From assembly GCA_965238075.1 (NCBI GenBank), contig OZ250173.1, positions 192,001 to 256,000 on the forward strand: 64,000 nucleotides of DNA, read 5' to 3'. The DNA comes from Candidatus Entotheonellaceae bacterium. GTDB taxonomy: Bacteria; Tectomicrobia; Entotheonellia; Entotheonellales; Entotheonellaceae. Positions within the stretch are counted from its first letter, which is position 1. Each line of letters begins with the position of its first letter. The notes below the pieces were generated by a model. It ran no database searches and was not told where the DNA came from. It saw nothing but the letters and a program-made list of their open reading frames with translations. The position numbers were made by a program, and so were the translations under genes. Positions 15,087-24,015 of the stretch are shown in pieces.

Positions 15087-16394
15087 ATGCAGCAAGGAAG
15101 CAAACGCGGCAAGGGCGCGTTGAGCCGCCGGCAGTTCTTGGGCGCCGCGACGGCTACCACGGCGGGGCTGATGATGGTTCCGCCGGCGATTGCGGCCCGC
15201 AAGAAGCGGGTTACGATGCTCAGTTGGAATCACTTCGTGCCGTCGTCGGACGAGGAATTGCGCCGTCAAGCCGCGGAGTTCAGCGAAATCTATGGCGCCA
15301 AGGTGCAGGTGGACACCATTTCCCACCTGCAAATACCGGCCAAGCAGGCCGCCGAGGTCAACGCCCAGCGGGGTCACGACATCATGATCATGGGCGGCGC
15401 CTTCCCCTGGCTGTACGAAAAGCAGCTCCTGCCCGTGGACGACCTGGTGGACGAGCTGGGCGCCAAACTGGGCGGCTGGTACCCGTTCTGCGAGCAGAGT
15501 TTTCGCGTCAAAGGCACGTGGCGCTCGGTGCCGTGGTTCTGGGTATCCTTCCCCGGTACGGTCAACCAGGCCCTGTTCGCGCAGCATGACCTGGCGTGGC
15601 CCGACACCTGGGCCGACGTGCTGGCGGCGGGCACCAAGCTGAAAAAGGCCGGGCACCCGGTCGGTATCGCCATCAGCCATGCCGGCGACGCCAACACCAC
15701 CTTCTGGTCCATCAACTGGTGCTTCGGCGGCAAGGTGATCGACGAAGAGGGGCAGGTCGCCATCCGCTCGCCGCAGACGGAACAAGCCATGGAGTTCTAC
15801 CGCGAGTTGTTCGACAAGGCGATGACCAACGAGGTGCTGGCCTGGGACGACGCCAGCAACAATCGCTTCCTGTTGTCGGGCAGAGGCTCGTGGATTCACA
15901 ACCCCATTAGCCCCTATAACGCGGCGCTGGCCAAGAAGATGGACATCGCCAAGGACATCAATCACCACCCGACCCCCGCCGGGCCGATGGGCCGCCACAA
16001 CGCGCCGCCGATCGTCAGCGTCGGCATCTGGAAGTTCGCGCGTAACCCGGACGGTGCGCGAGAGTTCCTCCGCTACTTGTTCGAACCGGAGAATTTCAAC
16101 AAGTGGGTGGTTGCCAGCATGGCCTTCAACCACGGTCCGGTACGAGAATTCGAGACGCACCCCATCTGGGCTACCGATGAGAAGCTGAAAATCCTGCCCC
16201 TGGAGGGCGAGTTCGGCCATCCGCGCGGCTGGCCCTATCATCCGAACCCGGAGGTGGCGCGTATCGACGAAGTCTACGTGCTACCGGACATGGTGGCCAA
16301 GGCGATCCGCGGCAAGAACGTCAAAGCCGCCCTGCAGTGGGGCGAGGATCAGATCCACCGCATCATGAAGGACACGCGGGAGAGAAGAGCGTAG
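15087..16394 (+). CDS. Tat-exported extracellular solute-binding protein (carbohydrate-type ABC), stand-alone
   Basis: SRRQFL twin-arginine motif; WPDTWAD, WDDASNNRFLLSG, PAGPMGR. Confidence 0.9.
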   Translation: MQQGSKRGKGALSRRQFLGAATATTAGLMMVPPAIAARKKRVTMLSWNHFVPSSDEELRRQAAEFSEIYGAKVQVDTISHLQIPAKQAAEVNAQRGHDIMIMGGAFPWLYEKQLLPVDDLVDELGAKLGGWYPFCEQSFRVKGTWRSVPWFWVSFPGTVNQALFAQHDLAWPDTWADVLAAGTKLKKAGHPVGIAISHAGDANTTFWSINWCFGGKVIDEEGQVAIRSPQTEQAMEFYRELFDKAMTNEVLAWDDASNNRFLLSGRGSWIHNPISPYNAALAKKMDIAKDINHHPTPAGPMGRHNAPPIVSVGIWKFARNPDGAREFLRYLFEPENFNKWVVASMAFNHGPVREFETHPIWATDEKLKILPLEGEFGHPRGWPYHPNPEVARIDEVYVLPDMVAKAIRGKNVKAALQWGEDQIHRIMKDTRERRA

Positions 16395-16418
16395 AGACAG
16401 GCTGAACAGGATGGTGGG

Positions 16419-16458
16419 AACGGCTGGCCGTGGTCAGGTATGCGGCCAGCCGTTTTTT
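16419..16458 (+). terminator. Rho-independent terminator
   Basis: AACGGCTGGCCG...CGGCCAGCCGTT stem followed by a T run. Confidence 0.8.
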
Positions 16459-16471
16459 CTGAGCCGGGACA

Positions 16472-16693
16472 TTATGGCTTCCCGGACGCCAAGGGTTCGC
16501 TGGGCTCCGAGAGCCGGTGCACACGCACGTTCAGGCCCTCGCGCAGGGTTGGGAAATGTTCCTGCAAGGCAGCATGCGCCGAGGCATAGCTTCCAAAGCC
16601 GTACGGCGCGCCGTTGGCCTTGCGAACCGTGCGCCAGCCCTCCAGGCCATACCCATGGTGCGCCATTACCTGAATGACGTAGACGTCCGCCAT
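16472..16693 (-). CDS. Small hypothetical protein
   Basis: 73 aa, GGGAG RBS, 15 nt downstream of the co-oriented esterase. Confidence 0.65.
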   Translation of the reverse strand: MADVYVIQVMAHHGYGLEGWRTVRKANGAPYGFGSYASAHAALQEHFPTLREGLNVRVHRLSEPSEPLASGKP

Positions 16694-16708
16694 GTCGCTC
16701 CCGGGCCC

Positions 16709-17638
16709 CTATTTGCTGGCGAAAGCCTTTTTCATGGCCGCAGCCGCTTCAGAGACGGCCTGGCCGGCTTTGTCAACTGCACCGGACATGCCGAAAAAGC
16801 CGTGGATCATGCCGTCGTAGCGGCTGTGGGTGGTGGGGACACCGTCGGCTTCCAGGTTTTTGGCGTAAGCCTCGCCCTCGTCGCGCAGCGGGTCGAATTC
16901 CGCGGTGATGACCAACGCTGGCGGCAGATTCTTGAAGCTCCCGGCCCGGGACGGCACGGCGTAGGGGTGATTCGGGTCGTCGGAAGCGCCCAGGTACTGA
17001 TCCCAATACCACTTCATGCTGTCGCGGGTCAGCAGGTAGCCATCAGCGTTGTCCACGTAGGAAGACGTCTCGAAATCGAGCGAGGTCATCGGATAGACCA
17101 GCAGTTGGAACGCTAGATCGGGATTGGCGCGGTCGCGGGCCATCTGTGCCACCACGGCAGCCAGGTTGCCGCCGGCACTGTCGCCGCCAACCGCCATGCG
17201 GGAGGCATCGCCCTGGATGCTGGCAGCGTTGTCCGAGGCCCACACCGCGGCTGCGTAGCAATCGTCGCACGCCCCGGGAAACTTCGTTTCCGGCGCCAGG
17301 CGGTAATCCACCGAGACCGTCACGCAGCCGGTTTCGACCGTCAGATGCCGAGCCGTCGCGTCGGCGGTTTCGAGATCGCCCACCACCATGCCGCCGCCGT
17401 GGCACCAGATCAGAATGGGAAAGGGGCCCGTGCCCGCCGGCGTGTAGATGCGAACCGGCACCTCGGCGTCACGCCAAGATACGTTGCGGTCCTCCACCTT
17501 GGCGACCTCCGGCCCGTCGACGCGCGGCCGGTTCCTCATGTTCTCGCGCGCCTGCTGCGGGCTTACCATGTGGTTCGGGGGCAGACCCAACGCCGCCAAT
17601 TGATCGAGGACCTGCTGGGCTTGCGGATCGAGTGGCAT
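16709..17638 (-). CDS. HSL-family (family IV) esterase/lipase
   Basis: HGGG oxyanion motif, DYRLAPE, GDSAGG, DPLRDEG, HGF. Confidence 0.95.
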   Translation of the reverse strand: MPLDPQAQQVLDQLAALGLPPNHMVSPQQARENMRNRPRVDGPEVAKVEDRNVSWRDAEVPVRIYTPAGTGPFPILIWCHGGGMVVGDLETADATARHLTVETGCVTVSVDYRLAPETKFPGACDDCYAAAVWASDNAASIQGDASRMAVGGDSAGGNLAAVVAQMARDRANPDLAFQLLVYPMTSLDFETSSYVDNADGYLLTRDSMKWYWDQYLGASDDPNHPYAVPSRAGSFKNLPPALVITAEFDPLRDEGEAYAKNLEADGVPTTHSRYDGMIHGFFGMSGAVDKAGQAVSEAAAAMKKAFASK

Positions 17639-17815
17639 AACTCACCTCTTAACAATGGGTTGACAACGCTCGCTGGCGTTTGGAATGGGTGTGGGTTTTG
17701 ATAGCGGCCACTGTAAACCACACCCTGATAGAGGTCAACGTGCGAAGACCGTGACGGCAATGGACAGATGCTTTTAAGCAGCATGATCTGAAACTGTTCC
17801 AAGAAAGGAAGTCAT

Positions 17816-18847
17816 GTGACACTTGAAAACGGCATGATCACGACGACGACAGGCATCGGGGACGCCGGATACGACGGCGACGGCGGCCCGGCCGGGTCGG
17901 CCCGACTCAACGAACCCTTCATGTGCGCCTTCGACCGGCAAGGCAACTTGTACGTGGCGGAGGCGATGAATCACTGCGTACGCCGCATCGACGGGCGCAG
18001 CGGCGTGATTACCACCGTCGCTGGAACGGGCGAACTCGGCTATGGCGGCGACGGCGGCCCGGCGACGCAGGCGACCCTGAACCAGCCCTATGCCCTGGAC
18101 ATCGCGGACAATGGCGCCCTGTACATTGTGGACCGCTTGAATGCCGTCATCCGCAAGGTGGATGCGGCGAGCGGCATCATTTCCACCGTTGCCGGAACCG
18201 GAACGCCGGGATCGAGCGGCGACGGCGGCCCGGCGACGGCGGCAGCCCTGCGGGAACCCAATGATTGCTTCCTCGACCGGCACGGCGGCCTGCTCATCGC
18301 CGACGTACAAGATCATCGCGTCCGCCGCCTGGACCTGGCTACGGGCTTCATCACCACCTTCGCGGGCAACGGTGACAAGGCATGCGCCGGTGACGGTCGC
18401 CCCGCCGCCGAGGCCAGCATCCTTGGCGCGCGGGCGGTGTGCCAAGACGGCAGCGGCAACACCTACATCTGCGAACGGGAGGGCAACGGGGTGCGCAAGG
18501 TGGGTGCCGACGGCATCATGTCGACCTTCGCGGGAACCGGCGAGCGCGGCTACAGTGGCGACGGCGGTTCCGCCCTGGCGGCGACGTGGGGAGCGCCAAA
18601 AGCCCTGCGTTGCGACCTGCAGGGCAACCTTCTGGTGGTGGACACGGAAAACCACGCCATTCGACGCATTGATGCCGTCACGGGCGTTGTCACCACCGTG
18701 GCCGGTGGGCAACATGGCGGGCACGGCGACGGTGGCCCGGCGACGGCGGCAGGATTGGACCGCCCGCACGGCTGCTGCGTCGATGCACAAGGCAATCTTT
18801 ACATCGCCGACAGTAACAACCACCGCGTGCGGGTTGTGAGGTTTTAG
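17816..18847 (+). CDS. NHL-repeat beta-propeller protein
   Basis: Six ~56-aa repeats of TVAGTG.GY.GDGGPA..A.L..P...D..GNLY.AD..NH.VR. Confidence 0.92.
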   Translation: MTLENGMITTTTGIGDAGYDGDGGPAGSARLNEPFMCAFDRQGNLYVAEAMNHCVRRIDGRSGVITTVAGTGELGYGGDGGPATQATLNQPYALDIADNGALYIVDRLNAVIRKVDAASGIISTVAGTGTPGSSGDGGPATAAALREPNDCFLDRHGGLLIADVQDHRVRRLDLATGFITTFAGNGDKACAGDGRPAAEASILGARAVCQDGSGNTYICEREGNGVRKVGADGIMSTFAGTGERGYSGDGGSALAATWGAPKALRCDLQGNLLVVDTENHAIRRIDAVTGVVTTVAGGQHGGHGDGGPATAAGLDRPHGCCVDAQGNLYIADSNNHRVRVVRF

Positions 18848-18859
18848 TGGCTGGCGAGA

Positions 18860-20002
18860 TCAGCCGGACGATAGTTCGTCGAGGCGGCGCAGGACACGGC
18901 TCTCGCGCAGCCGGTCGCTGGTACCGCTGACGCCGCCGGTGGGCTGGAAAAACCGGGATTGCCGGGCTTCGGCGAGGTGATAGGCCAGGAGTTCTCCGGC
19001 CAAGCAATAAACCAGCGGCGCGAACAGTTCCGGAACCGGTCGCGGTACCGGCAGGAAGACGTCCACGTTAACGGGAAGGGACGCGGGGTCGCCTTGCGCA
19101 ACCACGAGTGTGCGGCGCCCGACTGCCTTGACGTGCGGAAGCAATTCCAAGGCCCGGTCGAGGCTGCGGCCCGGCGGTACGATCAGACAGGTCGGCGTGG
19201 GCTCCCGGCTGTTAAAAAACTGGATGTGCCCCCACTCCTCGATGTCCTGCCCCCAGGCATTGACGCCACAGCTTTCCACCAGCTTGGCGGCGCTGAAAAG
19301 TGCCGTCGCATAGTGCGGCCCGGAACCCAGGAATACCCAGTCCTCATGGTCGCTGAACCGTTCCGCCGCTTGCCGTGCCGGGACGTCAACGGCCTCGATC
19401 GTCGCCGCCATGCAATCGGCAATCTCGACCAGCCGCCGCCGCCAGCGATTGGCCTCGGCGGCCGTCAGCACCTGCCGCAGCTCGCCGACCCGTATCGCAC
19501 ACAGCAGCAAGCTGACAAGCTGAACCGTGTAAGAGCGGATGCCCGGCGCCCGTCCCATCGGCGCAATGGGCACGGCAACAGTCGCTGCCGCTTCCCGCGC
19601 GATGCCGCTTTCCACATTTCCCGTCACCGCCACGGTGTCCAAGCCAGCCGCCCGCGCCAGGGCAACCGCCTCAATTGATCGCGCGACCTGTCCGGAATTG
19701 GAAATGCCGAACAATCCGGCCGATGTTGGTGCCTGATCCGCCTCATAGCGCGCGAATGGCATCGCCGCAAGTGCTTTGACCGGCAGACGGGAAAAACGCG
19801 CGAAGGCCATCTCGCAGGCCAGTCCGGCGTAGAACGAATCGCCACAGCCGGCCGTGTAAATGGCCTGCCAATGCTGCGGCTTCACGTCGCGCAGGGCGTC
19901 AGCTACTTGTTGCTCCGCCGGCTCGACAATATCGCGCAGCAAGGCCGGCTGGCTCGTGATCTGATCCCGCATCACGGTGCGAGGGGGCGATTCGGCAGCC
20001 AT
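18860..20002 (-). CDS. SIS-domain sugar isomerase / GlmS isomerase-like protein
   Basis: AGCGDSFYA, GISNSG, VTGNVES, FLGSGP, AAKLVE. Confidence 0.88.
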   Translation of the reverse strand: MAAESPPRTVMRDQITSQPALLRDIVEPAEQQVADALRDVKPQHWQAIYTAGCGDSFYAGLACEMAFARFSRLPVKALAAMPFARYEADQAPTSAGLFGISNSGQVARSIEAVALARAAGLDTVAVTGNVESGIAREAAATVAVPIAPMGRAPGIRSYTVQLVSLLLCAIRVGELRQVLTAAEANRWRRRLVEIADCMAATIEAVDVPARQAAERFSDHEDWVFLGSGPHYATALFSAAKLVESCGVNAWGQDIEEWGHIQFFNSREPTPTCLIVPPGRSLDRALELLPHVKAVGRRTLVVAQGDPASLPVNVDVFLPVPRPVPELFAPLVYCLAGELLAYHLAEARQSRFFQPTGGVSGTSDRLRESRVLRRLDELSSG

Positions 20003-20028
20003 CGAGAATCTCCGGGAATGTGCAGCAT

Positions 20029-21174
20029 CTACGTGTGATTGAGCTTGGGGATGACGTGCTTGCCGAACATCTCGATGGACGACATGACCTTGTCGTGCGG
20101 AACGGTCTCGGTGGCCATGAGAAACTGCAGCTGGTCGACGCCGGTGGCGCGGTGCAGCTCGATGGCCTTGAGGCAGCTTTCCGGGTCACCGGAGACCGTG
20201 ACGGCGCGGTCGGCCAGGGTGTCGGCGTCGAACTGATTCCAGATGGCATTGGCGATTTGCGCCGAGCCGCCGGAGAGGTCCAGGCCGCTGTCATCGCCGT
20301 CCTCCTTTTTGATATAGCGGGCGAAATTGGCCTCCAGATGCTCCGGCACGCCGCCCCACGATTCGATGAGGCGCTCGTACACGCCCACCTGGTCTTTCAG
20401 ATAGGGGCGGTCGGGACCGAAAAACGTTTTCAGCGATTGCGCCGCCAATTCACGCGCCGCCTTGTTGTCCTCACCGCAGTAGGCCATCGTGGCGCTGAGC
20501 CACTGATCGTTTACCGCGCGCCCGACCGGCTTGGCATGTTGGACATTATCCTTGAATTCCTTGACGTGCTCGGCCAGGGTCGCGGGGGCGGCGACGCTCA
20601 ACGCCATCACGCCAATTCCCTTCTCGGCCGCCAACCGGTAGGTCGTCGGTTGCAGGGCCGCCACCCAGATCGGCGGGTGCGGCTGCTGGTACGGCTTGGG
20701 ACGCACGTCGCGCGGCGGCACGTTCCAGAAACGGCCTTCCCACTCGAACAGCCCGTCCTCCCAGATCTTGGGAATCATGGACAGCGATTCTTCCCACATG
20801 TCGCGGGTGTTGCGTGGGTCGATGCCCATGCCCGTCTGCTCGTACGGCGCCGAGCGCCCGGTGCCGAAATCGACCCGCCCGCCGGACATGTGGTCGATCA
20901 TGGCGACCCGCTCAGCCACCCGCACCGGGTGATGGTACGGCAGAATGACGACGCCGAATCCGAGCCGGATGCGTTTGGTCAGGCGGCTCAACGCCCCGAA
21001 AATAGCCTCGGGACACGGTGACATCGAAAAGCCGGTGAGAAAGTGGTGTTCCACGAACCAGATGGTGTCGAAACCCATTTCGTCGGCCAAAACGCACTGC
21101 TCGATCGTTTCTTCGATCACTGCGTGGTCGTCAACGACCGGCCGCTGCATTTCGTACGCCAAGCTCAATTTCAT
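20029..21174 (-). CDS. LLM-class flavin-dependent oxidoreductase
   Basis: Start MKLSLAYEMQ; WFVEHHF, HPVRVAERVAMIDHMSGGRVDFGTGR, PKPYQQPHPPIW. Confidence 0.95.
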   Translation of the reverse strand: MKLSLAYEMQRPVVDDHAVIEETIEQCVLADEMGFDTIWFVEHHFLTGFSMSPCPEAIFGALSRLTKRIRLGFGVVILPYHHPVRVAERVAMIDHMSGGRVDFGTGRSAPYEQTGMGIDPRNTRDMWEESLSMIPKIWEDGLFEWEGRFWNVPPRDVRPKPYQQPHPPIWVAALQPTTYRLAAEKGIGVMALSVAAPATLAEHVKEFKDNVQHAKPVGRAVNDQWLSATMAYCGEDNKAARELAAQSLKTFFGPDRPYLKDQVGVYERLIESWGGVPEHLEANFARYIKKEDGDDSGLDLSGGSAQIANAIWNQFDADTLADRAVTVSGDPESCLKAIELHRATGVDQLQFLMATETVPHDKVMSSIEMFGKHVIPKLNHT

Positions 21175-21203
21175 AATCGCATTCCCCTCGGAGAAACGTC
21201 GTC

Positions 21204-21599
21204 TCAAGAAAAAAGGAACCAATCCTCAGAAACCGTGTTAACGGCGAAATCTGCAAGGCCCGGCAGGGGGTTCTCGTCACCCGCCAATGCCTGTAAGGAA
21301 GTTTCCAGGACTCCAGCCAAAAGCCCAATGGGCTGAAGCGGTGCTTCGCCAATACTGCCGAGTTGATGACATTTTTGCAGCGCCTTGTGCCATTGACCTC
21401 GGCAGCCTCGCCGATTGCCGTTGGTGTAGTGGTAAGCGCCAACCGCCAATTGGATCATCGCCTGCCAGAACAGACGCCGGCGGCCCCGGAGCCCCTGCCA
21501 GACCTCCTCCCACGAATCGTGTGCGGCAAAGTAGTCGGCATTGCGAAAATGTGCCAAGCCGTTGCGGAGAGAGGCTATGTCATCGACCTGCAAGGACAT
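21204..21599 (-). CDS. DUF309 domain protein
   Basis: YFAAHDSWEEVW...QAMIQLAVGAYHYTNGNRRG; start taken as ATG 21599. Confidence 0.85.
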   Translation of the reverse strand: MSLQVDDIASLRNGLAHFRNADYFAAHDSWEEVWQGLRGRRRLFWQAMIQLAVGAYHYTNGNRRGCRGQWHKALQKCHQLGSIGEAPLQPIGLLAGVLETSLQALAGDENPLPGLADFAVNTVSEDWFLFS

Positions 21600-21766
21600 G
21601 GACGGGCCGTCAGAGGGGTGGAGGTTGACGTGTGAAAGCGAGCACAGGATACCATGCGCCGACCGGCACGGGCAACGGCCTCGGCGAAGCGCCGCACGGC
21701 GGCTGGCTGTGGTAGTATGGCTGCCCTTCTCGACATTCAAGATGCCCTGAAGAAAGGAATCTCCGC

Positions 21767-22417
21767 ATGTCCGAGCCGCGCGTCGCGCCGTACGTCTGGG
21801 TAACATGGATTTCCAAGTTGCTCGCCGGTGACGCTCACTGCGCCTGGGCCGCCTGGTTTCGGGCGCATCATACCTACGACCGGTTGCCGAGTGACTTCGA
21901 CGCGGCCAAGTGGGCCAGTGAGCACACCGCCATGGTACGCGAGCAGGCCGAAGCCCTGCGACAGGCATCGTTTTCGGTGTCGTTGGAGGACCAGAACGCT
22001 TTTCGGCTGCAAGGGCAACAAGGTGTCACTCTCGGCGGCAAGCCGGACATCGTGGCTTGGCGAGACGGCGAAGTGCGGGTCGTCGAGTGCAAGACCGGCC
22101 AGCCGCGTCACGCCGACACGATCCAGGTGATGATCTACATGCTCGTCCTGCCGCACGCCCAGCCCGTCTGGCGAGGGCGGACGTTGAGCGGCTGCGTGCA
22201 CTATGAGACCGGCCCCGTGGACGTTCCCGCCGAGGCGCTCGACAGCGACTTCAGGGCGCGCTTCCGCGAAATGATGGCGCAAGTGGGCGGCGGCACGGCG
22301 CTGGCACGCGTGGCGAGCTTAAACGAGTGCAGCTTCTGCGACATCGGCCGGCTCGATTGCCCCGAACGCGTTGAGATTCAGCCGGACGATGGCGCCGACG
22401 ACCACGATCTGTTCTGA
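21767..22417 (+). CDS. PD-(D/E)XK nuclease, Cas4/RecB-like with putative Fe-S cysteines
   Basis: GKPDIV...VVECKTG, Q-x3-Y (QVMIY), N-terminal Cys plus C-terminal CSFC-x6-C. Confidence 0.85.
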   Translation: MSEPRVAPYVWVTWISKLLAGDAHCAWAAWFRAHHTYDRLPSDFDAAKWASEHTAMVREQAEALRQASFSVSLEDQNAFRLQGQQGVTLGGKPDIVAWRDGEVRVVECKTGQPRHADTIQVMIYMLVLPHAQPVWRGRTLSGCVHYETGPVDVPAEALDSDFRARFREMMAQVGGGTALARVASLNECSFCDIGRLDCPERVEIQPDDGADDHDLF

Positions 22418-23427
22418 CCCAGCGGCCAGGCGCGCGGTTCCACCAGCAGGCGGCCGGTGACCTTGCCTTGCAAAATCTCGTCGACGGCCCGGGGGAGTTC
22501 GGCGAGGGTGATGACGCGGGCAAGCCGCTGCAGGTGCCGGGGCTTCAGGTCGGTCGCCAGGCGTTGCCAGATTGCTTGGCGGCAGGACATCGGGCAAGCA
22601 ACCGAATCGATGCCAAGCAGGTTGACCCCGCGCAGCAGGAACGGGATGACGGTGCCGGCAAAATCGTGCCCGGCGACGAGGCCGCAGAGTGCAATGTTGC
22701 CGCCGTGCTGGGTGGTGCGGATCAATCCGCTGAGCGTCGAGCCGCCCACGGTGTCAACCGCGCCGGCCCAGATGCTCTTGAGCAAAGGGCGTGGCTTTGC
22801 GTCCGTGAGGTTCACGTCATCGCGGCTGAGAATCTGACTGGCGCCGAGCTCTCGCAGCAAATCGTGCTGCTCAGGCTTGCCGGTGCTGGCGGCCACGGTG
22901 TATCCCTGCTGGGCCAGGATATCCACGGCAATGCTCCCTACCCCGCCGGTGGCGCCGGTGACTAGGATCGGGCCCTGGTCCGGCGTCATACCGTTACGCT
23001 CCATGGCCAACAGGCACATGGCCGCGGTAAATCCGGCAGTGCCGAGCGCCATGGCCTCGAAATCGCTCAGCGTGTCGGGTGTTCGGACCACCCAGGCCGC
23101 CGGCACGCGCGCGTATTCGGCGTACCCGCCGAAGGACCCGACGCCGAAGTCGTAGCCGGTAACCACCACGCGGTCACCCACCGCAACGTCCGTCGTTTCG
23201 CTGGCGACGACGGTTCCGGCGGCATCGACGCCGGGCACGTGCGGATACTGCCGCACGACGCCGCCCCGTCCGGTACAGGCCAGCCCATCCTTGTAGTTCA
23301 GAGACGAATAAGCCACTTTGATGGTGACCTCACCGGTCGGAAGGTCCTCAAGCGACAGGGAATCGATGCGCCCCTCAACTTGGTCGTCCTGCTTGTCAAC
23401 CACGTATGCCGTGAAACGGTCCTTCAA
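22378..23427 (-). CDS. YhdH/AcuI-family NADPH quinone oxidoreductase (acryloyl-CoA reductase-like)
   Basis: YSSLNYKDGLA, PGVDAAG, GTAGFTAA, TGATGGVGS, GVNLLGIDSV; likely TTG start after GGAGG. Confidence 0.92.
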   Translation of the reverse strand: MKDRFTAYVVDKQDDQVEGRIDSLSLEDLPTGEVTIKVAYSSLNYKDGLACTGRGGVVRQYPHVPGVDAAGTVVASETTDVAVGDRVVVTGYDFGVGSFGGYAEYARVPAAWVVRTPDTLSDFEAMALGTAGFTAAMCLLAMERNGMTPDQGPILVTGATGGVGSIAVDILAQQGYTVAASTGKPEQHDLLRELGASQILSRDDVNLTDAKPRPLLKSIWAGAVDTVGGSTLSGLIRTTQHGGNIALCGLVAGHDFAGTVIPFLLRGVNLLGIDSVACPMSCRQAIWQRLATDLKPRHLQRLARVITLAELPRAVDEILQGKVTGRLLVEPRAWPLGQNRSWSSAPSSG

Positions 23428-23602
23428 GATATCGCCTCCATGGGATGGCCGCGTCGGCTTGCGTTCGGATCGGTCGGGTTCATGGAAAATGGCGCCGGGT
23501 TGTAGCACCCGCACCCTATGGTGTCAAGGCTGGGACACGTCGAGACCGCGGTAGAATCCCTGGCTCAAGAAAAGTCCGAATCAGTCGTCACAGGAGGCCC
23601 CG

Positions 23603-24004
23603 ATGGAAGCCCGGATATCCTTGATCACCCTCGGCGTGGCGGATCTGCAGCGGTCCATTGCCTTCTATCGGGACGGTCTCAAGCTGCCCAAGCGTGACGA
23701 AGGCTCGGAAAACCTCGCCTTCTTTGAAACCTCGGGCATTTGGCTGTCGCTGTATCCGCGCGAGGCGCTCGCCGAAGACGCGGGAATCGCATCCGAGGGC
23801 GGCGGTTCCCGTGGCTTCACGCTGGCCCGCAATATGCGCTCGCCGGAAGAGGTGGAGCGGATTCTGGAGGAGGCCGTAGCCGCGGGCGCCACCCTCGTCA
23901 AACCCGGGGGCCCGGTATTCTGGGGTGGTTACTCGGGGTACTTCGCCGACCCCGACGGCTTCCTGTGGGAGTTGGCCTGGAACCCCCATCTCTGGGTGGA
24001 ATAA
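23603..24004 (+). CDS. VOC/glyoxalase-family protein
   Basis: ISLITLGVADLQRSIAFY, FWGGYSGYFADPDGFLWELAWNP. Confidence 0.93.
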   Translation: MEARISLITLGVADLQRSIAFYRDGLKLPKRDEGSENLAFFETSGIWLSLYPREALAEDAGIASEGGGSRGFTLARNMRSPEEVERILEEAVAAGATLVKPGGPVFWGGYSGYFADPDGFLWELAWNPHLWVE

Positions 24005-24015
24005 TCTGCCACCGG

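Noticed and set aside
14832-16241. Apparent 800-aa cyclase fusion
   Set aside because: The extension is antisense to the solute-binding gene; the real cyclase start with RBS and signal peptide is at 14831
17687-17725. Inverted repeat GGGTGTGGGTTT...AAACCACACCC
   Set aside because: Imperfect, no U-tract and no recognisable riboswitch or operator consensus
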